Shown here: one piece after another, positions 32,468 to 43,070 of the stretch
Position numbering within the stretch: position 1 is the first letter of the stretch
Layout of the letters: every line of letters begins with the position of its first letter
Source: an uncultured Chloroflexia bacterium
GTDB taxonomy: Bacteria; Chloroflexota; Anaerolineae; Anaerolineales; UBA4823
Assembly (NCBI GenBank): GCA_963797475.1
Contig: CAWCPR010000012.1
Coordinates: 219,195-283,194, forward strand
Length of the DNA stretch: 64,000 nucleotides
Direction of reading: 5' to 3'
The notes under the pieces: model-generated
What the model was told of the DNA's origin: nothing
What the model saw: the letters and a program-made list of their open reading frames with translations, nothing else
Databases searched by the model: none
Position numbers and translations under genes: made by a program

Positions 32468-33627
32468 TTTATCTCCTCGACAACTTGATCCAGGCTCGTC
32501 CCTCGGTCAAAATATGGCACGCCGTAATGTTCGAGGATGGCCTGGCCTTCTGCTTCCCAGGAGCCTGGTATTCGGAATGCGACGATCTTCTCCTTTGGTT
32601 CACAGCCCAACTCAAGGACCCCTTTGATCACACCGCGAGCAACCAGATCGACGCGGGTATTGCTGACGACATTCATAACTACAGCCAGCTTTTTGACATT
32701 GGGCTGGCCCAGGATCAATTTCGTCAGCTCTTTGATCTTCCAAACGCTCGGGTTGCCGCCGATTTCGCAATAATTTGCGGGACGCAGACCGCTTTCCAGA
32801 ACCGCATCAAACAAGGTCAGGCTCGCTCCGCCCCCACCGATAAGCAAGCCGAGATCGCCGTCAAATGCGACCAGCCGGCCCGCCACGCCTCTGTGATCGG
32901 CCCGATCGATCTCGGCCGCCTGTTTTTCAAATTCTGGAAGGTGATCCGCATAAGCTTTGCTTTCAGGGAAAAGCGGGAGGATCTCCTGCTGGCGCAAAGC
33001 AGCATCGTCATCCAGTTCCAGGTGCACGTCAGCGACCCACCACGACCCATTAACATCCAGCACCAGCGGGTTGATTTCCAGCAATACAGCGTCCCATTTA
33101 AGAAAGCAATACATCACATTGGTGATGATGCTGCCCAACTGATTTATAGCCTGCTCCGTAAAGCCCAGCTTCCAGGCCACCAGCCGGCCCAGGTATTCTG
33201 GCACAGGCTCCAAAACTGAAAATGTTTGCTGGACGGATATAACGCTTTTTTCGACGTCGATTCCCCCTTTTGTTGAGGCCAGAAGCAAAGCTGCTCCCGC
33301 GGCGTTATCATAGGTAGCGCTGATAAAAATCCCCCTGGATATTTTTAAACGCTTTTCGATTAAGACTTTATCCGTTGGCAGGTTCTTGATTTCATTATCC
33401 AGGATTTGGCCAGTTAGGGAGGCAGCTGCGTGTGGCGAAGCGGCGAATTTTATTCCCCCGGCTTTAAAACGTCCACCTGTGGGTACCTGTGCTTTGACGA
33501 CGACAGGACAGCCTAACTTTTGTGCGGCCAACCGGGCTGCTTCTGGCAAATCGGCGACTTCACCGGGTGGTACAGGCAATCCGGCGAGTGAACAGAGGCG
33601 CTTCGCTTCAAATTCAAGCGCTTTCAT
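32455..33627 (-). CDS. sucC: succinate--CoA ligase beta-subunit-like (ATP-grasp)
   Basis: VVKAQV...GGR.KAGGI, LEINPL, GGGAS, PANYCEIGG. Confidence 0.85.
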   Translation of the reverse strand: MKALEFEAKRLCSLAGLPVPPGEVADLPEAARLAAQKLGCPVVVKAQVPTGGRFKAGGIKFAASPHAAASLTGQILDNEIKNLPTDKVLIEKRLKISRGIFISATYDNAAGAALLLASTKGGIDVEKSVISVQQTFSVLEPVPEYLGRLVAWKLGFTEQAINQLGSIITNVMYCFLKWDAVLLEINPLVLDVNGSWWVADVHLELDDDAALRQQEILPLFPESKAYADHLPEFEKQAAEIDRADHRGVAGRLVAFDGDLGLLIGGGGASLTLFDAVLESGLRPANYCEIGGNPSVWKIKELTKLILGQPNVKKLAVVMNVVSNTRVDLVARGVIKGVLELGCEPKEKIVAFRIPGSWEAEGQAILEHYGVPYFDRGTSLDQVVEEIKWRF

Positions 33628-33645
33628 CCAAAACTCTTGCCTTGA

Positions 33646-34944
33646 TTATTCCGCTGAGGGTTTGGCGCCAGATGATTGTAATTGGCGAACGTATTCCTCC
33701 AAATCTCGCCTTACAGAGCCTAATTCATCCGGCACGCACAGCGTCAAAAGGTGGATATCGGTGTTGCTGGCGACGTAAGCATATCCCAGTTCACCCTGGG
33801 TTATGCCAAGCTCGTAATGAATTTCCTCGCCAGTCGGCCAGCGGAGTAGATCCTCCATCTCTCGTTCGCGCACGTTTAACGACTGCCAGGTTTGCCAAGC
33901 GAGCAAACCCTCAAGCATGAGCCGAGTCGTATCCGCTGCAGCTTCCGACTCCTGGTGAACCAGGGGCACAAAGGGAGGAAGCAACGTAGTTAATAGATTA
34001 TCATCTTTACCAGCCGACCGCTTCACACCAAAAAACCACGTTCGATGTTCACCGGCGATGTCTTTCCATATAACTGGGGTGACCCGGGATAATTCGGTTC
34101 TATATCCTGCTTTTTGAACCAAAGACCATAAGCGGTTCAAGCGATCAAAATCTCCCAGACGTTCAGTGATCAACAGCTTCCCGTCGTTATCCATTAATTT
34201 GGACCAGCCGTTCAGTGCCTTTCCGGCATAGTGGTCGAGCGAGGCCTCAGGTTTTGGATACTCATAATCTTTCCAACTGGTTCTTCTTCTGCGCTCTAGG
34301 GTCATCATCTCGCCCAAAACCCGCCCGCTGATTATACAATCTGCCTTAATCGCAGATAGATGTTCTGGACGGCGCAAATCGGCGTTAAGATGAGACAGGT
34401 TGGCGATTCCTTTTTCCTTGGCTATCCGCTCAGCAGTTTTAATGGCTGGCTGGCTGACGTCGACCCCAATTATCTGTGCCTCGGGGCGCGCTATCGCGTA
34501 GAAGCGGGTCATTAAGCCGGTATGGCAACCCAGCTCCACAATGGTCCCTTCCTCCGGTAATTGTGGCTCGACCCACTTCAAGATTTCAACCAAAAGGTTG
34601 TATTCAAAACAGCTTGACACGACAGATGTCTGTGGATCAGCCAAAAAGTCGTAAAGACTTTTATCTCCGATCAGGGAGCCCCCGGAGCGCTGGTTCATCA
34701 AATCCAAAAATCGTGCTGTCGCTTGAGAGCCGATCCGGTTGTTCGCCCACCTCCAAAACCGTTTCTCATCTGTAAAAGATTTCAATCCTTCCAGTCTTAA
34801 AAAGTCTCTATATTCATTTGGAATAGATATTAATAGGTAACAAGAGGCAGCTTTTGATAGTTTTTCTTCAAGGGTACCGCTCAATAGCGCAACAGGCACG
34901 GTTGGGAAAACCTTCGGTATTTGGAATGCTATGGAAAGCTTCAC
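33646..34944 (-). CDS. class I SAM-dependent methyltransferase domain protein
   Basis: IVELGCHTG, IGVDVS, ADL motifs; the flanking regions are not recognised. Confidence 0.7.
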   Translation of the reverse strand: MKLSIAFQIPKVFPTVPVALLSGTLEEKLSKAASCYLLISIPNEYRDFLRLEGLKSFTDEKRFWRWANNRIGSQATARFLDLMNQRSGGSLIGDKSLYDFLADPQTSVVSSCFEYNLLVEILKWVEPQLPEEGTIVELGCHTGLMTRFYAIARPEAQIIGVDVSQPAIKTAERIAKEKGIANLSHLNADLRRPEHLSAIKADCIISGRVLGEMMTLERRRRTSWKDYEYPKPEASLDHYAGKALNGWSKLMDNDGKLLITERLGDFDRLNRLWSLVQKAGYRTELSRVTPVIWKDIAGEHRTWFFGVKRSAGKDDNLLTTLLPPFVPLVHQESEAAADTTRLMLEGLLAWQTWQSLNVREREMEDLLRWPTGEEIHYELGITQGELGYAYVASNTDIHLLTLCVPDELGSVRRDLEEYVRQLQSSGAKPSAE

Positions 34945-35013
34945 TCTGCATTTTCCTATGTAAAAGCTATAATTCGTGAAATGGGATTGTACAATTCCAA
35001 TTATATACTACTA

Positions 35014-36497
35014 CTTGAGTTTAGAGATGCAAAGTTGAATGCACAAACGCGTTCACAAAATTCCTGAACCTTAAAAACCGATGCAGTCAACCAAAATTGC
35101 GATTACGGGCTCGCCGAGACCCGATTTTGCCCAGTTTTCGCCTTTCTGACCACTGGATAGCGCTTTCGCGGGGCTGGACGGTAGCCTCTCGAGCGACCTT
35201 TTCCTTTTCCAGCGACTTTGGGTGCTTTGGCCGGTGTGCCCAACTGCAACAAATATCCAAAAGCCGCTCGCTGTACCTGTCCGGGTGTCAGTGGTTTGCT
35301 TGGCCCGTCTCGAAAACGGGGGTGCCAGGCCGGACGAGCCTCTTCAACCAGGTGTCGCATGAGCAGCAACTGCCAGTAGGCCAGAGCACACATCCACATC
35401 CATTGCTCGGTGGCAACCAGATCATTTGAGCGACTGCTGTTGAGCCCCATGTTTTGTTTGAGAAACCGGAACATGTGCTCGATGGCGAAGCGCCACAAAT
35501 ACATCCTGCACAAGGCTTGCAAAGAGACGCCGGTTGGTCCAGTCCAAAGCAACCACATGGGCTGTTTGTAGCGGGGTTTGCCGTCCGGCTTCAAGAATTC
35601 GACCCGCAGCAGCCTGACGATCAGTTTGGGCAGCTTCTTGAGATGCAGCCCGTTCCAGGCCTGGATGCGGACGGTTTGTGAGCCGAGCAGAAAGGTTTCG
35701 GCAGCATCCGCCGGGCGAGTTGGGCTGGAGAGCTTGAACCTGGCGCCATGCTTCTGGGGAGCGCCTTTCTTGCCCGGCTGGCGAGGCTCAGGCTGCTCGT
35801 ACAGCACGTTGTTGCTCCGCATGCGCACCAAGGCAAAGCTGTTTTGGATACGCAGGAAGATCGCCAGAAAGATATGGTTTCCATACAGGCTGTCTGCCAC
35901 CACCACCTTAGGCTTGGGGTTCCGCCCGACTAACTCTTTGACCTGCTGCCTTCCCACCTGGCTGTCACTCAACTCCGGATCGATCCGCAACGTATCTTGC
36001 GGCGCAACCCAGGAGGTTCCCCAGCCCACCAAACGCACCAGCCAGGAATACTTGTGCCCATAAACTACAGGTTCATCTTTCTGGCTCTTCAATGAACAGC
36101 GCTCCGGCAAGGTTTCGGCTTCTGGTCTTTCGTCCTTGGTCGCATCCAGACCATAAACTTCGTACCCGCCAATCGTTTCACTGTCGGTAGGCTGATAGTC
36201 AAGCAGGGTGTGTAGCAGCGCATCCAAATCGATGACCGCATGACTCAGGGTGTCGTAGACCATGCTGAATTTGCGTCGGAAAGGCGTTTCTTCACTCAAG
36301 GCTACGGGAGATTCAACATGACCGGCCACTGTCAGGGCGTCAATCAAGTCCAGAACCGCATCTGGGCGTTTCAGCAAGCTCTGGTATACTGCATTTCGGA
36401 ATTGTTGGATGAGTTTGTCTGTCACAAGCCAAACTTTTACCAGCAATTCCACTTTTTGTTAAGGTCCAGGTTTTTCGGTTAGAACTCTAAACTCAAG
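35014..36497 (-). mobile_element. insertion sequence with DDE transposase
   Basis: 13-bp perfect TIR CTTGAGTTTAGAG (35014-35026 / 36485-36497), flanked by 5-bp TSD TACTA. Confidence 0.9.
35103..36452 (-). CDS. DDE transposase (DDE_5 / IS4-IS701-like)
   Basis: GLDAT, VVADSLYG, YLWRFAIEHMFRFLKQ. Confidence 0.88.
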   Translation of the reverse strand: MELLVKVWLVTDKLIQQFRNAVYQSLLKRPDAVLDLIDALTVAGHVESPVALSEETPFRRKFSMVYDTLSHAVIDLDALLHTLLDYQPTDSETIGGYEVYGLDATKDERPEAETLPERCSLKSQKDEPVVYGHKYSWLVRLVGWGTSWVAPQDTLRIDPELSDSQVGRQQVKELVGRNPKPKVVVADSLYGNHIFLAIFLRIQNSFALVRMRSNNVLYEQPEPRQPGKKGAPQKHGARFKLSSPTRPADAAETFLLGSQTVRIQAWNGLHLKKLPKLIVRLLRVEFLKPDGKPRYKQPMWLLWTGPTGVSLQALCRMYLWRFAIEHMFRFLKQNMGLNSSRSNDLVATEQWMWMCALAYWQLLLMRHLVEEARPAWHPRFRDGPSKPLTPGQVQRAAFGYLLQLGTPAKAPKVAGKGKGRSRGYRPAPRKRYPVVRKAKTGQNRVSASP

Positions 36498-37021
36498 TAC
36501 TAGAGACCGTTCGGAAACCATGAAATCCGATATGGGCCAGGACCATTGAACGACCACGGATCAATTCTGGTTGGTAATAACGTTGTGCAGCCAGGGCGAC
36601 CGCCAAAGCAGCGATGTAAGTCAGCAAGACAAACTGGCACACTCGTAGAAGGTGAAGGATTGAAAATACTTCAAACCAAAAAAACGCGCTTGATCCATGT
36701 GAAATGGCGCTCGACATCGGCACGAGGCCGAATAACTATAACCTTGATTTTACGCAAAAGGAGCGCATTTCTATTCGGTAACACAGGTAGATTGGCGTTT
36801 CACAACTTCGGATGCACGCATCAAGCTCATGAATCTCTATCCAACCATTCGCCTTATTGAGAATGTTAAAGAACCGCTACCTATCAAAGCATGATTGACA
36901 AAGTACAGGCCTTGCGGCGTTAGCCGAGAAATTCACAAAGTAGCTGTCTTTCGCCAAAGGGCTAATCAAACTTCAGCTTTGGATAATATAATTTATCCAA
37001 ATCTGAAATACTAAAAACAAT

Positions 37022-38030
37022 GGCTCTTTAACAGTTTCAAGGAGCTACTAACGTAGCCACCAGTGAATGAAGCAGTGCCTTGCCGCGCAGCCGGACATTG
37101 TGGACGAACTCGAAGAAGCCCAAGTACCAGGGCAACTTCTCCTGAGAAACACTGCGATGCGGTCGCAACCACGAGCGAAGTAACGACCAGAACCCTTCGA
37201 GGGTATTGACATGCACTTCACAGAAGCCATCTCCATCTTCGTCGCGGGCAAACTCACCGGCGCCATGGTTGACCGACTTATGCCGATAGCCCCAGGCGGA
37301 TAAGCGGTCATAAATGTCGTACTCATCGGTGTAGATCAGACTGCCTGGCTTGACCGTTTCGGCGATCAAGGGTTGGATCGTCACCTGCTGTACATTAGGA
37401 AGCATCTGAATGACCACTGCGCCATTGCGCTGCAACATGCCCAAGACGGGTGGTTTTTCTCCTTCCAGCGTACCCCGACCGCGTTGGCCGCGCAGCTTCC
37501 TGCGTCTACCCGGTCGGCCGAGGCGAGCCACGACTTCTGGATGACCTTTGTGACCAGCAGTGATGTAGACTTCGTCCGTTTCGATCTCGCCGCTCAAGGT
37601 AACAGGCTTTTTTTTACCACGATCCCTTCTCGGAGCTGGCTCGTCATGGCCTGGACCTCGCCGGCAGATAAGTCCAACTCGGCAGCAATTTGTTCATTGG
37701 AAAGGTTCAAGCCCATGAAATACAGGCACAAGATCCACATTTTCAAGGGCAAATGATGACCTTCAAAGATCGTACCGGTCAAATCATCGAACTGCTTCCC
37801 ACACGCCTGGCAGCGGTAGCGCTGGCGGTGAGTTTGATGGGTGTGAAAGCCACGTTTATTGATCAGCTTGGCATCGCAAAACGGGCAGTGGACGCCTTGC
37901 GGCCAGCGGATCTGGCGCACTTCTTCGTAGCATTTCTGCTCGTCGATCAGGTTGTGAATTTGGAGTAACATGCTCTGATCTTACCAGGCTGTCTCTCCTT
38001 TGACCACCTCCTTGATACTCGTTAAGAGCC
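37022..38030 (-). mobile_element. IS1595-family insertion sequence
   Basis: TIRs GGCTCTT...TCAAGGAG at both ends; 8-bp TSD AAAACAAT (37014-37021 / 38031-38038). Confidence 0.92.
37037..37971 (-). CDS. IS1595 transposase in two frames joined at an A8G run (likely programmed frameshift)
   Basis: Zn ribbon CPFC...CQAC plus HTH (37594-37971); [21 protein letters not shown] (37037-37597); AAAAAAAAG at the junction (~37608-37616). Confidence 0.88.
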
Positions 38031-38051
38031 AAAACAATATTCTCACTTGAT

Positions 38052-38216
38052 CAAGCGATCCTTTCAGCGGGTCTTTTTTGATTCTACGGAGATGATCAAT
38101 ACCGGTAAGGCCGATATCCGAATAGTTTCAATCTCCTAAGCGGGGCTTTTTTGATTCTACGTGTTCCCCTATCCCGGGTGGATGCCCGTTGAGGGAACGG
38201 TTTCAATCCCTCAGTC
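38052..38216 (-). CRISPR. relic trailer end of a second CRISPR array with a different 36-bp repeat
   Basis: GTTTCAATCTCCTAAGCGGGGCTTTTTTGATTCTAC (38125-38160), a degenerate copy ending at 38087, and a truncated GTTTCAATCCCTCAGTC (38200-38216). Spacers are 37 and 39 bp. Confidence 0.75.
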
Positions 38217-38232
38217 GAGAGTGTTGCAGAAT

Positions 38233-38703
38233 TCACCCATTAGCCTCTGGTGCGTTGCCACTCTGCCTGGACAGGGCGGGTGCAGAGGAAAAGCTGGGGC
38301 CGAGCAACAAGGCGCGCCAGAACTCATCTGGATCGCCATCGGGGGAAGGCAAATCGACCGGTGCGGCTGGGGCGGCCTTTGCCAGGCGGTCCTGAACCTT
38401 TTTCCAGCCGCCTAAGAAGCTGGGGGATAGCAGCCCCTTCTCATAGGCAATCTGGATATAGTCGGCAGCTTCCTTGACCCGCAGATCAAGCAGAACCCGG
38501 ACGAGCCGCTCTGCAACCGGTCGTTCATCCGTGATGAGCAGCAGACAGGCAAAGGCGCGCGCAAAATCGGGTCGCTGGTGGGGGTAGGATGCGACCAATC
38601 CTTTGAGGTAGGAGATCGTGAACAGCCGGCCCAAGGGATGTCTCTCTGGCTCAAGCAGGCACTTGATAAAATAAGCTAGATCTTCTGGGCTAAGTTCGTT
38701 CAT
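38233..38703 (-). CDS. passenger hypothetical protein inside IS-C (DUF1186/HEAT-like C-terminal similarity)
   Basis: 156 aa, divergent from the transposase; LLDLRVKEAADYIQIAYEKG...GGWKKVQ resembles DUF1186-type helical proteins. Confidence 0.45.
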   Translation of the reverse strand: MNELSPEDLAYFIKCLLEPERHPLGRLFTISYLKGLVASYPHQRPDFARAFACLLLITDERPVAERLVRVLLDLRVKEAADYIQIAYEKGLLSPSFLGGWKKVQDRLAKAAPAAPVDLPSPDGDPDEFWRALLLGPSFSSAPALSRQSGNAPEANG

Positions 38704-38718
38704 CAGATCGGGGGCTCC

Positions 38719-40467
38719 ATGACCATTCTACCCCAATTTCTGCTCACGACCATCGTCCTGTACGGGGCGCTCCTGGCCGAATTTTTGTCGGAATGGTTCT
38801 ACGCCAACCTGCTGGGGCGCTGTTCCAACCATTTGCTGGTCAAGCTGGCCGAGCACCTGGACTTTCAGCCGATTGAAGCGGCGTGCGCCGTCTACCGTCA
38901 TCGCAGTGGGCCGGGAGCGCCGGCCACCTATCCGGTTGGCGTGCTGGTGCGCTGCCTGCTGGTGGGGTATTTGTACGGGCTCTCGCTGCGCGAGTTGGAA
39001 CAGCGCCTGTACGCGGATATGCTGGTGCGCTGGTTTGTGGGCCTGTCGGCGTTCGGCGAAGTGCCCGACCACAGCACCCTGGAACGCTTCGAGCAATGGG
39101 TGCGAGCGCATCAGCCCAGGATCTATCTCGATACGGTGCTGAAGCAGATTGACGCAATGTTTCCCCACAGCCGCCAGCTCAACCAGGTGGGCGACACCTA
39201 TGCCCTGCTGGCCAACGCCGCCGAAGAAGACCTGGCGCCCCGCCTGCGCCACACCGTGCGCGGCCTGCTGCAAGCCGCCGTGGCCAGCATGCCCGATCTG
39301 CTCTCGCCCACGGTCTCGGGGGTGGCCTGGCATGAGCTGTTTGGCCCTCCTAAAGAGCGCCTGGTGTTCTTCCTGGACGAGCAGCAGCGCCAGCAACGCA
39401 TCCAGCAGGTCGTGCTGGCGGCCCAAGACCTGCAGCGGCGCTTTACCAGCGCTTTGCAGCCCTATTCCAACCAGAGCTAACCCGAACTGCGCCTGTGGCT
39501 CGGATACCTGGGCAAGCTCCTCCACGATGAAGTCGTCATCCTGACCGAACCGGCCCCGGACGGATGGCGGGTTCGCCTGCGCACCACTCAGGAGCGGCGC
39601 AGCGACCCCGAGACCCGCTTACGCATCGGCTCCGCTACCGATCCCGAAGCCAGCTACCGGGTGCATGGTCCAGGCGAAGACGACGTCAAGTTCGGCTACA
39701 ACGTCCAGGTAGCCGCCGCCACCGACGGTTTCATCCGCGAAACGCAAGCTTATACCGGGGCGGCCTCCGACCAGGCCGGGGTCGCTCCCCTGGTGGCTGA
39801 ACAGATCGAACACCTGGGGAGCTGCCCGCCCAAACTGATCTACGATATGGCCGCCGGGAGCGGCAAGATCCGCGTGGACGTGGAGCAGGCCTCCGCTGGA
39901 AAAACCCAACTGGTCGCCCAGCAACTGCCATACGACAAACGCTCCCCGCGCTTCGGCCCTTACGACTTCAGCCTCTCTGACGATGGACTGACGCTGACCT
40001 GCCCACAGGGCAAGACCAGCCAGGTCGCTTACCGTTCCGGTTCTGGTGAGGGCCGTGATTTTCGCTTCTACGCCTTCCAGTGTTGGCTGAATGGTGAGCC
40101 CTCAAAGCGGATGAAGAATGCCGACCTGACCGGCCGCTGCCCGCTGTGGGAGCAATGCCGCGACAGCCGCCGGGGACCGGGTGCGATGCGCCAGGTGTTC
40201 ATCTCCGACTACCGCGAGCAGGTGCTGGCCGCTCAAGCCTATAACCAGAGCGAGCAGTTCAAGGTGGAGATCAAGCAGCGCCCGCTGATCGAGCGCATCG
40301 TCTTCGAGTTGACCCACTACAACGGGGCGCGCCGCTGCCGGCGGCGGGGTTTGGCCAACGCCGATTGGCAGGCCAAGATGTGCGCCGTGGCCTACAACCT
40401 GAAACTGTGGATGCGCAAGCTCGGCGGCAGTGCACCCAGGCGAGCCGCAGCGCCTCTGGCGGGATAG
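38719..40467 (+). pseudogene. IS1182/IS5-like transposase with an in-frame TAA at 39478-39480
   Basis: DUF772-like LSLRELE...VPDHSTL; DPEASY...FGYNVQ, YDMAAG, LTCPQG, RPLIERI. The 38719 and 39661 ORFs share a frame. Confidence 0.82.
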
Positions 40468-41088
40468 GCGCCGCCTCCCCAAGGGGGCAGTGCGCTTGGT
40501 AAACGGCCAGAAGCGGTCAAAATGGCCGGCAAAGGCACCATTTGGGACGCTAGACCGGCGGAAACGGGCTAGAAGCGCGCTCACCGGCTCGCTTAACCGG
40601 GGAAATGCAATGCGAGTTGATTGTTAAAGGGCGAATATCAGGGGGAGATGCAAAAAACGCCGCGCCGAGAGCGCTTTCGTCAGGCTGAGCTCGAATTCTG
40701 CAACACTCTCCTTCTATGGGGCTTAGGTATTTTAAGTTCCCGGCACCGAGACCTTTCGGAAGCCGTGGTAAGTTTCAATCCCCTTCTATGGGGCTTAGGT
40801 ATTTTAAGCTGCTCTGGTCGGTTGGAGTCATACTGTGGGGTGTCTATGAGTTTCAATCCCCTTCTATGGGGCTTAGGTATTTTAAGACTTATGTCTGGGT
40901 ATTGTGGAAAATATTGAGGTTCAGTTTCAATCCCCTTCTATGGGGCTTAGGTATTTTAAGCCGCTTATGCGGAAGGCTCGCTCAACCCGAGCTAGTTTCA
41001 ATCCCCTTCTATGGGGCTTAGGTATTTTAAGCGGTCTGTCAGAGAATACGTCGAAGCGTGCTTGTACGAGTTTCAATCCCCTTCTATG

Positions 41089-43070
41089 GAGGGTTGGACT
41101 CGATTCTAACCCATGTTCCGTTTTTCGGAATATCAGCGGAACCTGAACGGAATACGGCAGGCAAAAAGCGGAATATGGTAATCATCATATTCTGCTGAAA
41201 CGGAACCCAGGCGGAACCTGGTATACAGCTTCAGGGCTAAGAGCGGAATACGGCACTCCCGGCATTCCGCTTGAACGGAATATGAGCGGCACACGCTTTG
41301 GAAAGCGAGCTTCAAAACGGAATACGCTGCTCCCAGGGGGTAAAATGGGGTTGAACCACACCCTGGCCGGGGAAGGAGCGAACCATGCCAGCCTTTTTCC
41401 TCTCCCATTGGCTCAAACTGTTCCAAAACCGCCTGATCCGGGCTCCCACAAAGTCTGAAGGGCTGCAAAACCTGGCGAGAAAGCCGATCAAGAGCCTGCC
41501 GGGCTCCGTCCAGGCATGCCCCATGGCGCTAAAGCATTTGCGTTTGCTGGGCCAACTGGATTGGAGCCGGTTTCCTGATCGACCGGACCAACGTTTTGCG
41601 CTAGGCGTGCCGCCGCTGCCGTATGTCTGCCTGGCGGCTGCTTACCTGATCAAGGTCGAACAGCACCTGATGTATGTGGCCGACCTGCGAGCCTACCTGG
41701 TGGAACATCCCGCTCTGATCTGGGTACTCGGTTTTCCGCTCAAACCTTCGACAGAATATCCCTGGGGTTTCGATGCGGATGCCAGCCTGCCCACGCACCG
41801 ACACTTGAGTCGGATGCTGCGCGATCTGCCCAATGCAAGTTTGCAGGTTTTGCTGGACGAAACGGTGCATCTCATCCAGTCCGAACTGGCCGCTGACAGC
41901 CACTTTGGGGATTGTGTTTCGCTCGATACGAAGCATGTGATTGCCTGGGTCAAGGAGAATAACCCCAAAGCCTACAGCGAAGGGCGGCGCTACGACAAAA
42001 CCCAGCAGCCGGCCGGTGACCCGGACTGCAAGCTGGGCTGCAAACGCAAGCACAACCAGCGCAAGAAAACCGAGTCGGTCGAGGCCATGCCCACGCCTAC
42101 CAAAGATGCTCGACCCGCCAAGCACACCAAAGCTGATGAATATTACTGGGGCTATGGCTCCGGCGTGGTGGCAACCAAAATCCCGGAGTGGGGCGAGTTT
42201 GTGCTGGCCGAACTGACCCAGACCTTTGACCATCCCGATGTCAGCTACTTCAAGCCGCTCATGGAGCAGGTCGAGCGCCGCCTGGGACGCAAGCCCAGTT
42301 ATGGCGCTTTTGACGCCGCCTTTGATGCCTTTTACGTCTATGAGTACTTCGACCCAGAAAAGGGCTTCGCCGCAGTGCCTTTCGTTGAACGCGGTGGGGC
42401 CAGCGAGCGCCAATTTGCCGCAGATGGCAGTCCGAAATGCGCTGCCGGGCTGCCGATGGTCTTGCGTTACACCTTCTGGTGCAAAACCACCCTCATTCCG
42501 CATGAACGCGCCCGCTATGTCTGTCCCCTACACTATCCAGAGAAAACCGCCGACGCTTGCCCTGCCAACGATGAACATTGGAACAAGAAAGGCTGCGTCA
42601 CAACCATCGCGGCCAGCATTGGCGCACGCTTGCGCTACCAGATCGATCGCAGCAGCCAGCAGTTCAAAGACGTACTCAAGCAACGCACTGCCACCGAGCG
42701 CATCAACAGCCAGGCTGTTGATCTGGGCATCGAACGCCCAAAGCTGCGCAACGCCGCCTCAATTGCCAACCATAACACCTTGACTTATGTCCTGATAAAC
42801 TTGCACGCCCTCCAGCGGGTTCGCCAGCGCAAAGCCGAGCGCAAACAGGCATCCGCCGCTTGAAAGAGCGTGCAATCCCATTCTAACCCGATTTGATCTC
42901 GGCTGGGGTGTGGTCCTCAGCCAGAAGGCGGGCCTAACTGGCCCGTTTTCGGTTTTTAAAGTGCTGATCCCTCCGTATTCCGATTGTTCTGCTAAAGCGG
43001 AATACGTTTTCCCTTTAAACGGAACCTGAACGGAATATCAGCGGATTACGCTTTACCGTGTCCTACCCTC
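41089..43070 (+). mobile_element. insertion sequence ('IS-A') inserted in a CRISPR repeat
   Basis: TIR GAGGGT(T/A)GGAC; duplicated target TTCTATG (7 bp, or 9 bp if the terminal G/C belong to the target). Confidence 0.92.
41385..42863 (+). CDS. DDE transposase (IS1182/ISNCY-like, Cys-rich insertion domain)
   Basis: SLDTKH, GDPDCKLGCKR, YYWGYG, FDAAFDA, PKCAAG...YVCP, RTATERINS. Confidence 0.85.
   Translation: MPAFFLSHWLKLFQNRLIRAPTKSEGLQNLARKPIKSLPGSVQACPMALKHLRLLGQLDWSRFPDRPDQRFALGVPPLPYVCLAAAYLIKVEQHLMYVADLRAYLVEHPALIWVLGFPLKPSTEYPWGFDADASLPTHRHLSRMLRDLPNASLQVLLDETVHLIQSELAADSHFGDCVSLDTKHVIAWVKENNPKAYSEGRRYDKTQQPAGDPDCKLGCKRKHNQRKKTESVEAMPTPTKDARPAKHTKADEYYWGYGSGVVATKIPEWGEFVLAELTQTFDHPDVSYFKPLMEQVERRLGRKPSYGAFDAAFDAFYVYEYFDPEKGFAAVPFVERGGASERQFAADGSPKCAAGLPMVLRYTFWCKTTLIPHERARYVCPLHYPEKTADACPANDEHWNKKGCVTTIAASIGARLRYQIDRSSQQFKDVLKQRTATERINSQAVDLGIERPKLRNAASIANHNTLTYVLINLHALQRVRQRKAERKQASAA

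Larger units (their letters stand above)
38217..40710 (+). mobile_element. IS1182/IS5-like insertion sequence ('IS-C') whose two flanks are CRISPR repeat halves
   Basis: Perfect 18-bp TIR GAGAGTGTTGCAGAATTC (38217-38234 / 40693-40710). Confidence 0.9.

Noticed and set aside
36498-37013. Short ORFs between two IS elements, possibly a transposase C-terminal remnant
   Set aside because: Only a vague resemblance with no catalytic motif or ends, so it cannot be supported.
41336-41360. TAAAATGGGGTTGAACC in the IS-A left end, resembling the crRNA-sense repeat end (possible guide RNA)
   Set aside because: The match is short and gapped, IS-B keeps only TAAAATGGGG, and a -10 promoter box explains it more simply.
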